This document shows, one piece after another, positions 1 to 12,700 of a stretch of 64,000 nucleotides of DNA. Numbering within the stretch: the first letter of the stretch is position 1; each line of letters starts with the position of its first letter. The position numbers were made by a program, and so were the translations under genes. A model generated the notes under the pieces. That model did no database searches, was not told where the DNA came from, and worked only from the letters and a program-made list of their open reading frames with translations. This DNA is from Prasinococcaceae sp. CCMP 1430 (Eukaryota; Plantae; Prasinodermophyta), in contig RQSC01000062.1 of NCBI GenBank assembly GCA_013416795.1, positions 13,117 to 77,116 on the forward strand, written 5' to 3'.

Positions 1-1152
1 GGCCTGCTGGCGGGCGCGGCGGCGGCGCCGCTGCTGCCCGGGCTGTGGGCGCCGCCCGCGGCGGACGCCCTCATCAGTGGCTATGAGAAGGACTCTGGCG
101 GCTACTCCTACGCCGTGCTCTCCCACGAGACGTGCGTGCTGCGGCGCGCGGCGCGCAAGAGAGGCGCGAGCGAGCGAACGCGAGCGCCTCGCCGATCAGC
201 GCGAGCGCCTCGCCGATCGGCGCGCGCGACCGACCGACCGATCCGCGCGAGCCGCTGCGCACGCCGATGGCACCCCCATCTGTGGTGTGACTGCTGACAC
301 CGCGCTCCGCGGGGCCGCGCGCGGGCGCAGGCCGAAGTTCGCTGATTGGAAGGCCTTCTTCGACGACGCTTGGGGCGAGCAGGGCCCCCCTGACTGGGGC
401 GTGGTGCGCACGATTGTGTGCAAGGGCAAGGGCGTCGAGACCGACGGCGACAAGGTCGGAGTGATCATCGTCTTTCCGGAGGATAACCTCAAGCTCGTGA
501 CGCCTTTCTACGACCAGGACAAGAACCCCCTTTGGGCCGAGGGCCGCGAGGTGCGCTTGCAGCGCCACGCGGCGTGCTGTGCGCCGCGGCCCCGCCCTGG
601 CTCGCCCACACACGCTACGCAGAGCGCGCGTGCGCGCACTCCAGCACCAATTCACCCCCTCCTCGCGCATTGATTTCATCTGCTGACGCTCACGCCTCGA
701 TCGCGTCTCGGAAGGCGGGCTGGCTTACTGGCACTTTCACGCAGACGTACGCGACGCCAAAGATCTGGCGCGGTTTCCCTGGCGACACGGGGCCCCCGTC
801 TCTGGAGGGCAAGGCCATCGCGAGCTTCCAGGCTGGGGTGACCATCCCCTTCGACGCCTGGCTGCCTGACTTCACCTCGGCTGATTCGGACAAGTTTCAC
901 GCGCGCATGGGTGTGATCGGCTCGGAGGCGGGTCTTTCGCTCCCGGGCAGTGACAACGGCGAGGGCGCAATCGACGTCGCGCACTGGTTCTCCACGTACC
1001 CCCAGGCGGCTCGCATGTGCAAGATGTTCAACGAGCACACCGGCAAGTTCGCCTTCTTCGACTCGCCCGACGCCCCTTTCAAGGAGCCCATCGTCGGCAC
1101 GCCCTTCACCATCGTCTCCGACAAGATCGACATGTCGGCCCTGAGCGCGTAA
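1..1152 (+). CDS. 5'-partial, 3-exon putative thylakoid-lumen protein with two dimeric alpha/beta-barrel (DUF3764-like) repeats
   Basis: Exons <1-131, 331-550 and 715-1152 join in frame. Introns are GTGCGT..CAG (132-330) and GTGCGC..AAG (551-714, GCTGAC branch). The N-terminus GLLAGAAAAPLLPGLWAPPAADA is hydrophobic and ends in an A-x-A site. The repeats PKFADWKAFFDD and IPFDAWLPDFTSADSDKFH share an F-x-x-W-x-x-x-F motif. The family call is from memory only. Confidence 0.6.
180..221. repeat. 21-bp tandem duplication (2 copies, 1 mismatch) inside intron 1
   Basis: gcgagcgcctcgccgatcagc followed directly by gcgagcgcctcgccgatcggc. Confidence 0.9.
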
Positions 1153-1904
1153 CTCCAATCCGCCGCTGCAGCCGTCGCGCCCCGCTTCGCACGGGGGCGC
1201 AGACGCAGAACACGCACGTCCCCCCTCGCGGCGCCAGCTACAGTACTGTTTCGCGCCCGACCGCACTTTAACTCTCGCCTTCGTACCATCATGATACTGC
1301 ACATGGGCGGCGGCGGCGCCACGGGCACTACTCGCACCCCCGTCATGAATGTCAACGGCATCAAGCGAATTTCAAAAAAATGACGCCAGCAACGATCGCA
1401 TCACATCACATCTCATCTCAATCTGCTGCGTGCAGGTTTTTTTTTGTCCCTGTTTCTTTGAGGGGTGCTGTTTGCGGTTTGGGGCGCGCGCGCCGCCGCG
1501 CGCGCGACGGGTGGCGGCCGCCACACCGCACGGACGGCGGAGCGCCGGCGGCGATCGCGAGCGCGAGCGCGAGCGGGATTTGCGGGGCCGGCTTGGAGTT
1601 TCGAGCGGGGCGCGGGCTGTTCGCGGCGGCGGCCCGTGCGCCAACACCCCGGCAGCTCGGGGGGAAGGGGGGGTGAGGAGCTCGAGGCGGGACGGGGCGG
1701 GGTAGGCGAGACATCAGCAGGGCATCAGGCTGTGTGCCCGACCCGGCGCACCTCGCTCGGGCTCGACGGGGCTCTCATTTCCAGCTCATTTTCGTGTCTT
1801 GCAAGCGCGTGGCGGTGCCCGGTGGTTGGCGCGTCTTGGTCGTGCGGACGTCGGGCAACAGCGGCAACGCGGCGCGCCGATAGCAGGCACCGCACGCCGG
1901 CGCG

Positions 1905-3492
1905 ATGAGCGGCCCATCGCTGAAGCAAGCCTTCTCGCACTCGATATTCGGCTCCATGGCCGAATCTTGGGGAGGCGGCAAGGGCGACGGCGTCGCGCCG
2001 CGCACCGCGGTGAGCAAGAAGGCCCACGCCAACGGGGGAGGCGGTGGCGGCGGGGCGACCGGCGCCTCCGGGAAGCGCACCAAGAGGAGCGTCCGGCGCC
2101 AGCGCCAGCGGCCTTTGGCGGACGCAGCCGCACGAGCGATGCGCGTGCGGGGCGTGGAGATGATCGGCGACGTCGCGACGGGGGCTGTCATCACGACCGT
2201 CGATGCCGACTTCGGGACGCTGATGAATGGCTACGTCGCGTACGATTCTGGCTACCACGTGCTCAATGCGCTCACCGCGGCGCTCTCGAACGACAAAGTG
2301 CACGCCCCACTGGCGCGCGTGTCCACGGCCGTTTTCGACGTGGGGCTTGCCACAAACACCGCGTGGCCGCTCAGCGGTACCCTCAACTACTCGACAGCCG
2401 AGCGAACCTTCGACGCGTCGCTGTGTGCGTCGCTTCTCGGGGCGACGCTCCGAGCGGCGCGCGCAACTCCGGGTAGGGGCAGCCTTAAGCTGCACGTTCC
2501 ACTGGCCGGAGCAAAGGAGGACAAGGGCGGGGGGAAGAAGAAGGAGACGGGCAACTCGAGGCTTGCCGGCGTGCTCTCCAATGGCAGCAACAAGAAGAGC
2601 TACCCAGCGAGCCTCAGCGCGACGATCGATGGAGCCGGTGACGCCACGCTGCGGCTGACACCGCCGCGCCTGTTGGGTGGCAGGCTGTCCTTCGGTGCCG
2701 AGGCTGACGGCGCGCGTGCGGCCTCGGGGCATGCGCACGCGACGACGAGGGCGGTGCGCTGGGCAGCTGGGTGCGTCCGGCGCCTGGGCTGCGCGCCTGT
2801 GCGCGAATCTGCATTTGGCCACGCGCAGCTCTGCCTCAACCGGTCGCACGCTCAAGCGCCGTCCATCTGACCGCTGCTTGCGTTGCCCCCGTTCACTGCC
2901 CCTTTGCTGTTCCATCCACTGCGCAAACCTCGAACCACGACACAGAATCAAGCAACGCTGGTATCCCTTTGGCTCACGCCAGGCCGTTCGGCTCGCGATG
3001 TCTGCAACGGCGGACGACGATTTCTTACCGGTCGGAACGCTCGAGCTGTCGTCGCGGATACTGCCACGCAACATCGCCAAATGGTCTGTCTCCATCACGC
3101 CCGGTGCGCGTGCGCGGCACTCGCTGCGGTTTAGGATGCCGCGCCCTCGAGGGGCGCGCGCGCGCGCCGAGGCAACCATCGCACGCGGCGCAATCGCACT
3201 GGACCTGGGGCGTGCGGACAGAACGAAGGTGCGAGTACCATCTGGCCAGGCGGTGGCGCCTGCTTGTGTCTGACAAAGGTTGACTCGTACGCAGGGCCGC
3301 GGTGTGCTGACATCGCGCGGGCAAATGCATCTGCATGCCGTCGCTCACTGTTTGCGCCCAAAGGGCGCCAACGACGCCGGCGGTGGCGGCTGGGAGGCGA
3401 TCGCGACAGTACCTCTGCCGGGGCGCTTCCGTGCTGCCGGGGATGATCAGCGTGCGAGTGCCGCCATCACGCGCAGGTGGAAGTTTAACTGA
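1905..3492 (+). CDS. Hypothetical ~430-aa beta-strand-rich protein, possible organellar outer-membrane beta-barrel
   Basis: Exons 1905-2753, 2983-3228 and 3295-3492 join in frame via GTGCGC..CAG and GTGCGA..CAG introns. The first donor is the less certain. The protein has alternating hydrophobic strands (SGTLNYS, SLSATID, VGTLELSS, WSVSITP) and ends AAITRRWKFN, resembling an aromatic beta-signal. Confidence 0.5.
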
Positions 3493-3709
3493 GGATAGAA
3501 AGCAGCGCTGCAATGAGCCGCTATACTACGAGGCAAACTCAAGGACGACACGCGTTTGGCGGATGTCGGTTAGAGGGGGGGTGGACGGGGCAGGGGGCGC
3601 AAACAAATGCGAGCCGCGCGCCATGGTCTGAGAGCTGATAGCATAGCGTAGTTCCATCTATCTTTTTCGTTCAGCTCGCGCGTCGCGCATTTCACCGCGC
3701 GGCAGCCCT

Positions 3710-6700
3710 CTACTCGAGCGCGGCTTGCGTGGCAGCACTCGTCGTGGTCGGCGAGTTGCGTGCGCGGCGAACACCGGAGAATGTTGCCTGGGACGTCGAG
3801 CCTGCCGCCGCCGCCGCCGCCGCCGCCGCACCCTCCAGCGCGTGCCGCAGCATCCTAACAAGCCTATCTCTCGTGTCCGTCGAAATGCAGTAGACCCTCT
3901 TGCGCCATCGCGACACCGAGTTGATCCTGTTTGCCACACCCACGGCCCATCGGCGCAGCTCCGACTGCGCGTGGTCGGCGTCGCCGTATTTGTTGACCTC
4001 CTTGCTGGCCGCGAGGTGGGGGCTGTACACGATGACTGCCTCCTCGAAATCTGGCTTCACCTCGACCACGTTGGCCAGTTGGACCGTCCACACGACGGTT
4101 CCACGCTCCGAGTTCACGAGCATGGCACGCGACTGTGTGATGACCACGACCATGGGTGCCGCAACCAACACCCACTCGACGACCGGGTCGTCTCTGTAGC
4201 GCCCGTTCTTGGCGCCGAATATTATGCTCCTCACAGCGAAGTCGGTGCGGTGGTGCTCGCGCCTCCGAGTGCTTTCGCCCACGCGAGGTTCGCGGACGCG
4301 CGCCGTGATGACGCGGCGCTCGTCTGTGGCGCGCGCAGCACCGCCGAACGACTTGGAGACGAAGGTGAAGAAGCCGCTCACCGGACGCGCGATGGCACCC
4401 ACCGCGCCGGTCGCGACGCCGCCCACAAAACCCGTCACGCCGCCCTGCCCAGCACCCGCGATGGGATCGATGACGAGCCCGCCTAGGCCCTCAGCCACAC
4501 CCGTGTAGAGATCTCCCGCGCCCTCTGCCACTGCGCCGCCCATGAAGCCGAATGTTCCCCTGACGCCTACCACCCGCCCGCGTGCGTTGAGGATGCTGCG
4601 CGCAGTGGCACGACGGCGCTGCGCGCTCGCAGATTTGGCGAGACCGCCTGAGCCGCCTGCCACTCCGCCCGGTGCGGCGATTCGGCCTACATTGGAGCCC
4701 AACGAACCCGTCACGGCGGATACGGTCGTGCTGATGGCGTAGAGCGTGTTGACCACCAGCCGCTTGCCCCCCTTTGCCACGCTGATCCCAAAGTCCTCTG
4801 CGTTGGGGTTGTACACCAGCCCGGCCACGGGGTCGTAGAACAGCGAGGCGAAGCCTGTGCCCATCGAGCTCAGGAGCTGCGTGGGCTGTCCCAGGAACTC
4901 GGCGCTGCCCAGAATCTTGTAAATCTCTTGGAGCGCCTTGGCGCGATAGTGGAGCGCGAGGCGCAGCAAGAGCTCGCCGCGCGAAATGAAGACGTGCTCG
5001 AACACTTTGCTTTCGAGGAACATCGGGGCCGACTTGATCGTCACCACAGGCAGCCCGCTGCTCACCGAGAAGCGGTCGCGCCGCGTCGCGAGTTCTGCGG
5101 GCGAGGCGGGCGACGCCACCACGGACACATTCAGGCGCACTGGATGGAGGTGCAGCAGATCGAAGTAGAGCTTGTACGAGTATACGGTCGGGTTTGCCGC
5201 ACTCGCGCGGATGACGGGCGTGTCGACCATGCGCATGGCATCGTGCGGGTCGTCCGAATCCATCACGGCGGCGAGCAGCAGCGCGGTCAGCAGCTGGTTG
5301 CGCGGCAGCTTGCGCACGAATCCGACGAAGCGATCCAAAAAGTCTTCCTCGACAGTGATGTCGAGCTCCTGCATAAGGATCGAGAAGTACGCGAAGTGCC
5401 TCACGCCCGGCATCTGCTTTTGCACGCTCCCGCTGATCTCCAATACAGGGCGCGGCGGCTCGCGCGGCGTCTGAGTGACCATCACAGGCAAGTTTGCCGT
5501 TCGCAACTGGTTGTCTATCTGCAGGTCTTCGACAACCACGTTCACCTGTTCCTCTGTTGCATGGCGCTTCCACTCGCACGTGATGTGTCCCAGGTACAAA
5601 TGCACCAGATCCTCAGACTCGGCATCCGCGCCTGAGGGTGCGCCGCGCCTGCCGAAGCTGCCCGCGACGCTGCTGTGTGGGTCGAGCACGCTGACACCGA
5701 TGCCGCGCAGGCTGATCGCTGTATAGTCGCGTACGTTTTCGGCGGCGTGCGCGAGGTCATGGAGGCTAGGCTGCCCCGTCGTGACGAGCTGGATGCGGAG
5801 GCGCACCTCAGGGTGCCCAGAGCTTGCGATGCGCGAAGCTGATATGTTGTGGCCAAACTCCGTTTCCGCGTCGCCGACGGCCTCGGACCCGGGCGGCATC
5901 AAGCGCAGCCACATGAAGTGCGCGCGGCCCTGCTCGAGTCTGTGCAGGTGTACCGACGCCTTGCCGAGCAGCTCGCCGCGTAAGACGCGCTTTTTGTTGA
6001 ACACGCGCACGCTGATGTGCGACGTGACAGGGACGCTGTCGAACTCAAACGTCTCGTTCCATGCCGGCGTGAAGCTTGACGCGCGGACGGACGTCTTGCC
6101 GCGCGCGCCAGTAGCCTTGACGCGCAGGCGCACAAACGCATTGCAGCTCGATCGTCGCACGCGCATGTCGTTTCCGGCTGAGGCGTCGCGCTGCAGCGCC
6201 GCATGGAGATTTCGCGCTTCAATGACACGCACCACCACGCGGCGGATAACTTCGCTCGCCGCGCGGCCCTTGTCGGTTTGCTCCTTGTACTGGCCGCGGA
6301 GGGCGACCGCCATCCCATCACGTCCCGCCCTGAGCGCGCTCGCTGCCAGCTGACGCGCATCGCGGGTGAGCTTTCGCGCCGCCTCCGCATCCGCATCCGC
6401 CCTGGCGGCAGCGTCGGTGCGCTGCTGAGCGCGCACAGCTTCGCCTCGCTCGGCGGCGCTATGGGCACCGCCGATAGCCGCGGCGTGCTCAAGAATTGCT
6501 AGGAGTTGGTTCTTCACCGCCAGCTCCTGCTCGCGTGCGCGCAGCTCGAGGCCCACCGAGTCGATCGGAGACACGTTCCAGCACACGGCAAGCTCTAGCT
6601 CACCCGAGACGTGGTCATTTTGGCCCCGCCGACCAAGAGCCAGCCACTTCGACGGCGTCGCTAAGATCGCACCGCTGGGGTCGTAGAGCTCGGCCATTCC

Positions 6701-9700
6701 CGCGCTGGCCCGCGAAGTGCTCAGTAGCCTCAGCGTGTACACGGCGCCGTCGTCGACCGGTGGCGGCACGCCCTCGAGGTTGACATAAACCTCCCCAAGG
6801 AACAGGTCCTCGCCGAACTCCCTCCCGTGCCAGACTTGCGCCTTGAGCACTGAGCGGCTCGATACGCCGCTGAACTGCAGCACCTCGTCCCACCGTGGCG
6901 CGCTGGTACCGCGCAATTTGCGCGTGTGCGCGGTCGCAGCCTCGACCTCAACGGCAACGTAGGGATTGAGCTTGTCAGGCGGCGGCGGCCTCCGCAGGCC
7001 TTGCCCTCCGGCTGCGAAGAGCTCTACGCCGAGGCCGCGGGCACTGCAGACGCGCACGTGCAGCTCGCCACCCAGGTGCTGGGCCGCCGCATGTCTGTAG
7101 GTCCCATCGTGAGGCTCGTCGGCTGTTGCAGGCTCTGCGTCAAGCACATCGACGGGATCGTCGACCGCTGCGAAGCCGGAGGCGCGCGTCCGCGCTACCT
7201 CGCTGGCAGATCCCGTCACGCCGCTGTTCTTGGCCGCCGCGGCCTCCCTATCAGTCTCTTCTGCAATATCTCCCAGGCTTGTCGCGCCGTCGGAGCTGAA
7301 GGAGGTGATGCCAGATGCTACGCCCCCGAGGGTCGACAGCACACCTTGCATGCGCCTGGCGTTCGGCACGGCGCTACTCGCACCCGGGGCCGCCATTGCC
7401 CGCGGGCTTGCGGGGTGGGTCGCGGAGCTGCCCTTCCTGACGAGCCCGCCGCGGCTTGAAGGCGCCCTCGACGAGAGCATGCGCGAGCTCCTCGACGACT
7501 GCAGGCGCCGCAACATAGACGACGCGCTTCTCATCATGGCAGCCTCCTGCCTGTTCGACGGCGCGAGGGAGTTAGCGAGCGCCTCCCATTTGCGAGGGGA
7601 CATTATCTCCTCTTCTGATGGAACGGCATCAGTCGGCTGTTGCTGGACGTGGTCAGGCACGCGTACGAGCTCAGACGTCACTCTCGAGAGTGAGCGCTTC
7701 CTACTCAGGGTTGCCGAGGGAGCGCGATCGAGCGCCGGCGAGCCATCTGGGGTAGGTGGTGACTGGCCCTGGGCACCTGCATGATGGTCGCCGCCGCTGG
7801 CAGCGCTTTCGCGCTTGGCAGATGTGCCGGCGGGCCCTACATCCGTCGTTGAACCTGCCGACGCCACGGAGGCCTTTTGTTGAACCGCGGCCATCAGTAG
7901 AGCGAGCTGTTCGTCCGTCTGGCGCAGCTGACCGGTGACCGCATTCAGGCGGTCCTTGAGCATCGCTACTTCCTCATCACGAAACTTGTTGTCTTCGACC
8001 GGGACCTCAGAGATGATGAGCTCACGTGTTGGCCCATTCGCGACGACGCGAATAAAGACAGTGCGTTCCCTGCGGGTGTTCTGCTTGTGGGCGAAGACGG
8101 TGGCCGCGGCATCCGCGGCTCTGGCAGCCCCACCTGCTACAAGTCCTGCCGCGGTGTGCCATAGGTCCTGAGCGGCCTTGGAGCGCGCGCGTGCCAGGGC
8201 AGCGGTGGTGTGCTGCTGAGCAGAGCCCAATGGGCGCGACATCTTGCCCGTGTTGTCGTCGAGGCTCATCGAGCGGCGATGCTTGGAAGGCAGACGCCTC
8301 GCAGCGTCGCCATGACCACGCGTATCCGGGACCGAGTGGGGCAGCGATGCAGCGCGGCCCGCACCACCGCTCCCGCCGCCGCTGCTTCCGGCCCCGCCAC
8401 TGCTCTGGCTACCTTCCTCGCTCACACCAGCGTTCGGATCGCTTGCCTCGCTGCCGGTCTCACTACTTTCATCGTCGGTCGCCTTCTCCTTGCCCTTCCA
8501 ATTACTACGGCGTCTTCCGAAGGAGCTCGCGCGCCTGCTTGTCTGGCGAGATGCCCATCGGCGCGACTGCCCGGGCGTATCGCCGGCGTCGTTTTGGTCG
8601 ACTCCCGCTCGCAGGATGAGCATGTTGTGCGACTGGGGCGAGATGTCGTCGATGTCCAGGTCTTTGGTAACTAGTGTGTGCGTCGCGCTGCCACCAGTCG
8701 AGCTCAGCCTGCTCGCGCTCGTAGTTCCGGTTGCCTGGCGCCTCGGCGCGCCGGGGGCGGGTTGCGACCACGCATTCGTGAGCTGCAGTGTGAGTACGTG
8801 CGGCCGCAGTGGCATGTCCCAGCTGAAGGGCTCCTTTGAGAGCGGCCGCGCGCATGACCAGCCATACTGCGACTCGGTGTTCTTCTGACAGAAATAGGCG
8901 CACGCGAATCTCGTCTCGTTGGAGATGGCATACGGCGCCGGGCCAGCATTTGGCGGACCGAAGACGACGACGAGGCTCGAGCCCTCGGGCTTGACGTAGA
9001 CCGGCAGAAGCATGCGCTCGCCCGTATCGGTCCGCCTGAGCCGGAGCGAGAACTCGCCAACCTCATCAACGCGGAATGGCGAACTCCACTCACACGGCGA
9101 TCGCGTCACTTTGGCCCACATTCGCGCATTCCTCGCGCGCCGAGTCGAGGATCCCCAGCTGGGCCCAGCTTCATCGCCCGCGCCGTCCAGATCATCGTCG
9201 TCTTCCACCACCCAACTGACGCTGGAGCTGAGCGCCTCGCCGCTACCGCCGGGCGAACCCGGCCCCGTTCGACCTGGCGTGGCCGGGGAAGAGTGACGTG
9301 CGCGAGGTGGGGTCTCCGTGTCTCCTTCTTCCGGCATTGCTCGCACCGTCATCTCGAGCGAGCGGCGCTGTGGATCAGCCTCAGGCCAACCACCGGTGGC
9401 CGAATCCACACGCGCAGTGGGCTGCCAGTGGAATTGGGTCACGGTGTCCGGATCCAGGACGTGGAGGCTCGACAGGCCTTCCGTGTTGCGCATGAAGACG
9501 CGCGCGCGCCCATCCTGCTGCATCACTGCGCGCGCCCTGGAGCCCGTCCGCTGGATGCTCGTCTCCTCGAACGCAGCACGCTCGGCCTCAACGGACTCGG
9601 CAGTGACGTCCACATAACCCATCTGCCCGAACGCGAGCCTCATTTCCGACCGATTGGACACGATGATATAGGGCGACAACAGAATGATGCGGCTGTCTGG

Positions 9701-12700
9701 GTGATCTTCGGACGCAAGATGGATACTGACGGCGATCTCATGGACCCTCCACACCTCCGACATCGTACTCGTCACGCCAACATGGCCCAGGCACTGCCTG
9801 CGCAGACCCGCTGCCCTGACGGTGTTGCTGCTCGACAGGTATTCGCCCTCCGCCGTGCGGCGCCTCCTGTACACAAGCCTGACGACACCCCCCGTGCCAA
9901 CTGCGATACAGACGCACACGCGCGGCCAATAAAGAAGTAGTCAGCGCGGGCCGCGTAGCGTTAGCATGCGCCGCGCGCAGCGCCGGTCCTCCCCAGTCTT
10001 CTAAAAAAGGGAGGTCAGGCGTATAGACACACCTTTGTCCACGTCAATCTTGCTGGACCAGTCGGACCCTTTCGAGCACAGCCGCACCTGACCGCGCGAA
10101 GCCCAGAAGAGCGCGGGCCCGTCGGGGCCAGGCGACTGGTCTTCCACAGTACTGCGCCGCCGCGCACCAGGATGACTCGCTCCCCTCGCGGTGTCGCGCT
10201 GAACCTCGTCGTGGCCTCGTCGCCGCCCAGAGCCCTTAGACTCCTCGTAGTGCCACCTGTCAGCCCACTGCTGTGCAGTTTGGTTGATAGGCTTCAGCGC
10301 GACTTGCGTTTTGTTCTTGTCGAGAGCGAGCAGGCCTGCGCGGCTGACCGAGAGCTTGCGATGGCGCCCTGCATCTTTGATCTCCAGTGGCAGGCCCGTC
10401 ATATTTAGCACCCAATACGGCGCATACAGCTCGATGTCCCACGTCGCCCCTGGCATGTGTGCGAGTGCACGCGCGCGCGCGTTTGAGGGCGCCCAGATTG
10501 GATGCAAGTGTGAAGGGAATGCGGAACATCGCGCAGCAGCGTAATAATGGCGCATGGCGTCAGCAGAGCAGACTCGGGCGAGCAGCAAACTTTTGGTGAC
10601 AGCAACGCTCGCTAACATGTGTCGTGCCGCAGGGGAATCGCGTGTGGCCTGGTACGCACCAGGGCTGTCGACGGGCATCGGCGAACCGAGGCACCCTGCA
10701 GACGCGGGATCGTGCTCGAGCGGGGAGGGTTGCGCGCCTGCCTGCGCCGTCTCGCCCATGGCACGCCTGTGGACGCGAACAAAAATGTGCAGGCGTCGAT
10801 GCCTGTGCGACCCATCGGTCGACACCAAGGTCACCTTTTGGCCTTTTCCCGCCAGCGCCTCGCGCTCCTCTTTGCTGAGGCCCGTGCCGAGTATTGGGCC
10901 GCGGCAACTGCCAGAGTACATCTTCCCGTCGGCTTCGAGTTGCACCACGATGTCCACAGGCCCGTCCTCGACGTCGAAGTCGTACACTCCATGGCTGTCG
11001 CCAACGTTGACACGGCGGAAGCCGTCCAGGCACGACGCAACACCGGCGAATGAGATTGCACCAGAGCTAGACGCTGTGCCGTAAGGCTCCTCCCCTGTGC
11101 TCAGGTGGGAAGCTCTTGAGATCGGCAGTCGAGAGGAGTTGCCGCTGCCACTTCTCACTGCCGCGGAGCGCCTTGTCTGGCCCAACGCTGCGCTATAGGA
11201 CGTCTGCTGGCTTGACTCATCGCCACTCCGGCTCTGCCTGAGCGCCACGTCAATCGCATACGGCCTCGGCAGCCTGTTACGCACGATCATCGGCGGGGAA
11301 AGCACCAAGGCGTGGCTTACCACAGAACGCGAGCTTCTTGGATCGTCTGCCGGGTCCGACGCAATGGCCGAGTCAGCGCCGCTCACCTGGAGGCAGCACC
11401 TCATCGAGCGTGTCGGGCCGTCGTCGATGGGGCTGCCCAGGCCGTCGTCGGAGCGATCGCTTTGCACCTCAGGATCAAAGGTCACCACGCGCTGCGCAGA
11501 GAGCAGCCCCGCTGTTGTGGTGGTCAGTTCGACGTGATCGGCAGCCCACTGGTATCCTCCAGCCCTGAGCTCGAGCATGCCTCGTCCTGTGAGAAATGTC
11601 ACGGGGATCCACAGAGCACTGCCGTCTGGGCCGAGCTCGAGAGTGCGCTCAACCTCGCCGGTCATCGTAGCGGCCGACGTCGCGTCCCTCAAGCGCAGGT
11701 GCGCCGTGAGCGAGCAGTTTGTGTTGTTGCGCAGCCGCAGTGTCGAGTGCAGCTCGAGGAACTTCGCGCCATCGGGGCGCACGGTGACCTCTGCGACCAG
11801 CGTTGCCTTCAGCGGACGCGGGGAAGTGACGAGCGACTCGCACGAGACCGCCCACGTCTGCGCACCAGCGTGTAGAGGAATTGGTGGGAACGGTCGCCAG
11901 CCGCCGTCGAGCTGAATCATCAGCGTGCCCGTTGCAAAAGGGAGGCTGTGCGCGGCGCCCTGCGCCAGCACGCGCGCCAGCGTCTCCACGCCCGTGCTAC
12001 TCACGGAGCGCCGGCTACTGCGTGCGCCCAACCCTTTCTCGCCGCCGTTTGAGTCCGTTTCCGGATCGGATGCGTACGGGTTGTCGCCGTCCTCTTTCGT
12101 CTCAAGCATCCAGAAATAAAGGTCTGTGCCCGTATGGTTCACAACCACGGGCGGCAGGCTCTCAGCTCGCCCGGGGCTGACCTGCACTGGCACGACGGGA
12201 GTAAACCATGCGGACCTGAAGGTCGGGATAGCTTCGAGTGCCGGGATGTGCTCTGGGGTGACCACTATGTCCGCGCGCTCCGAGGAGCGCAAGGTGCGAG
12301 AGTCGTATCCTCGGCGCGTGTGTAACAGCTCGCAGCGCCACGGCTCGAGCACGGGCTCGAGTGCCTCGCGCGTTGTGTTGAACAATTCGAGCGCAAAGGC
12401 GGCCTTGGACTCCGCATCGGAGGTGGCCATCACGCCTGGTGCGGAGTAGCTCGCGCGCTCGATGGCGAACTCTGACGCCGACACGCGCACGACCGGGCGC
12501 TGCACCTGCCGTCCGTTTTGGCGGCCAAGCAAAATGAGCGGCGGTGACTCGTCAGCGACGCATAGCAAAGCGCCCGCGCGATTGGATTTCACTAACGCTG
12601 CGAGAGGCATCGAATGCCGCGGCTTTGAGAGCGTTGAAGCAGCAACGCTACGCTCAACCGCACCTTGATGAGGTCGTGAACGAGGGTGACATCGACGCTG

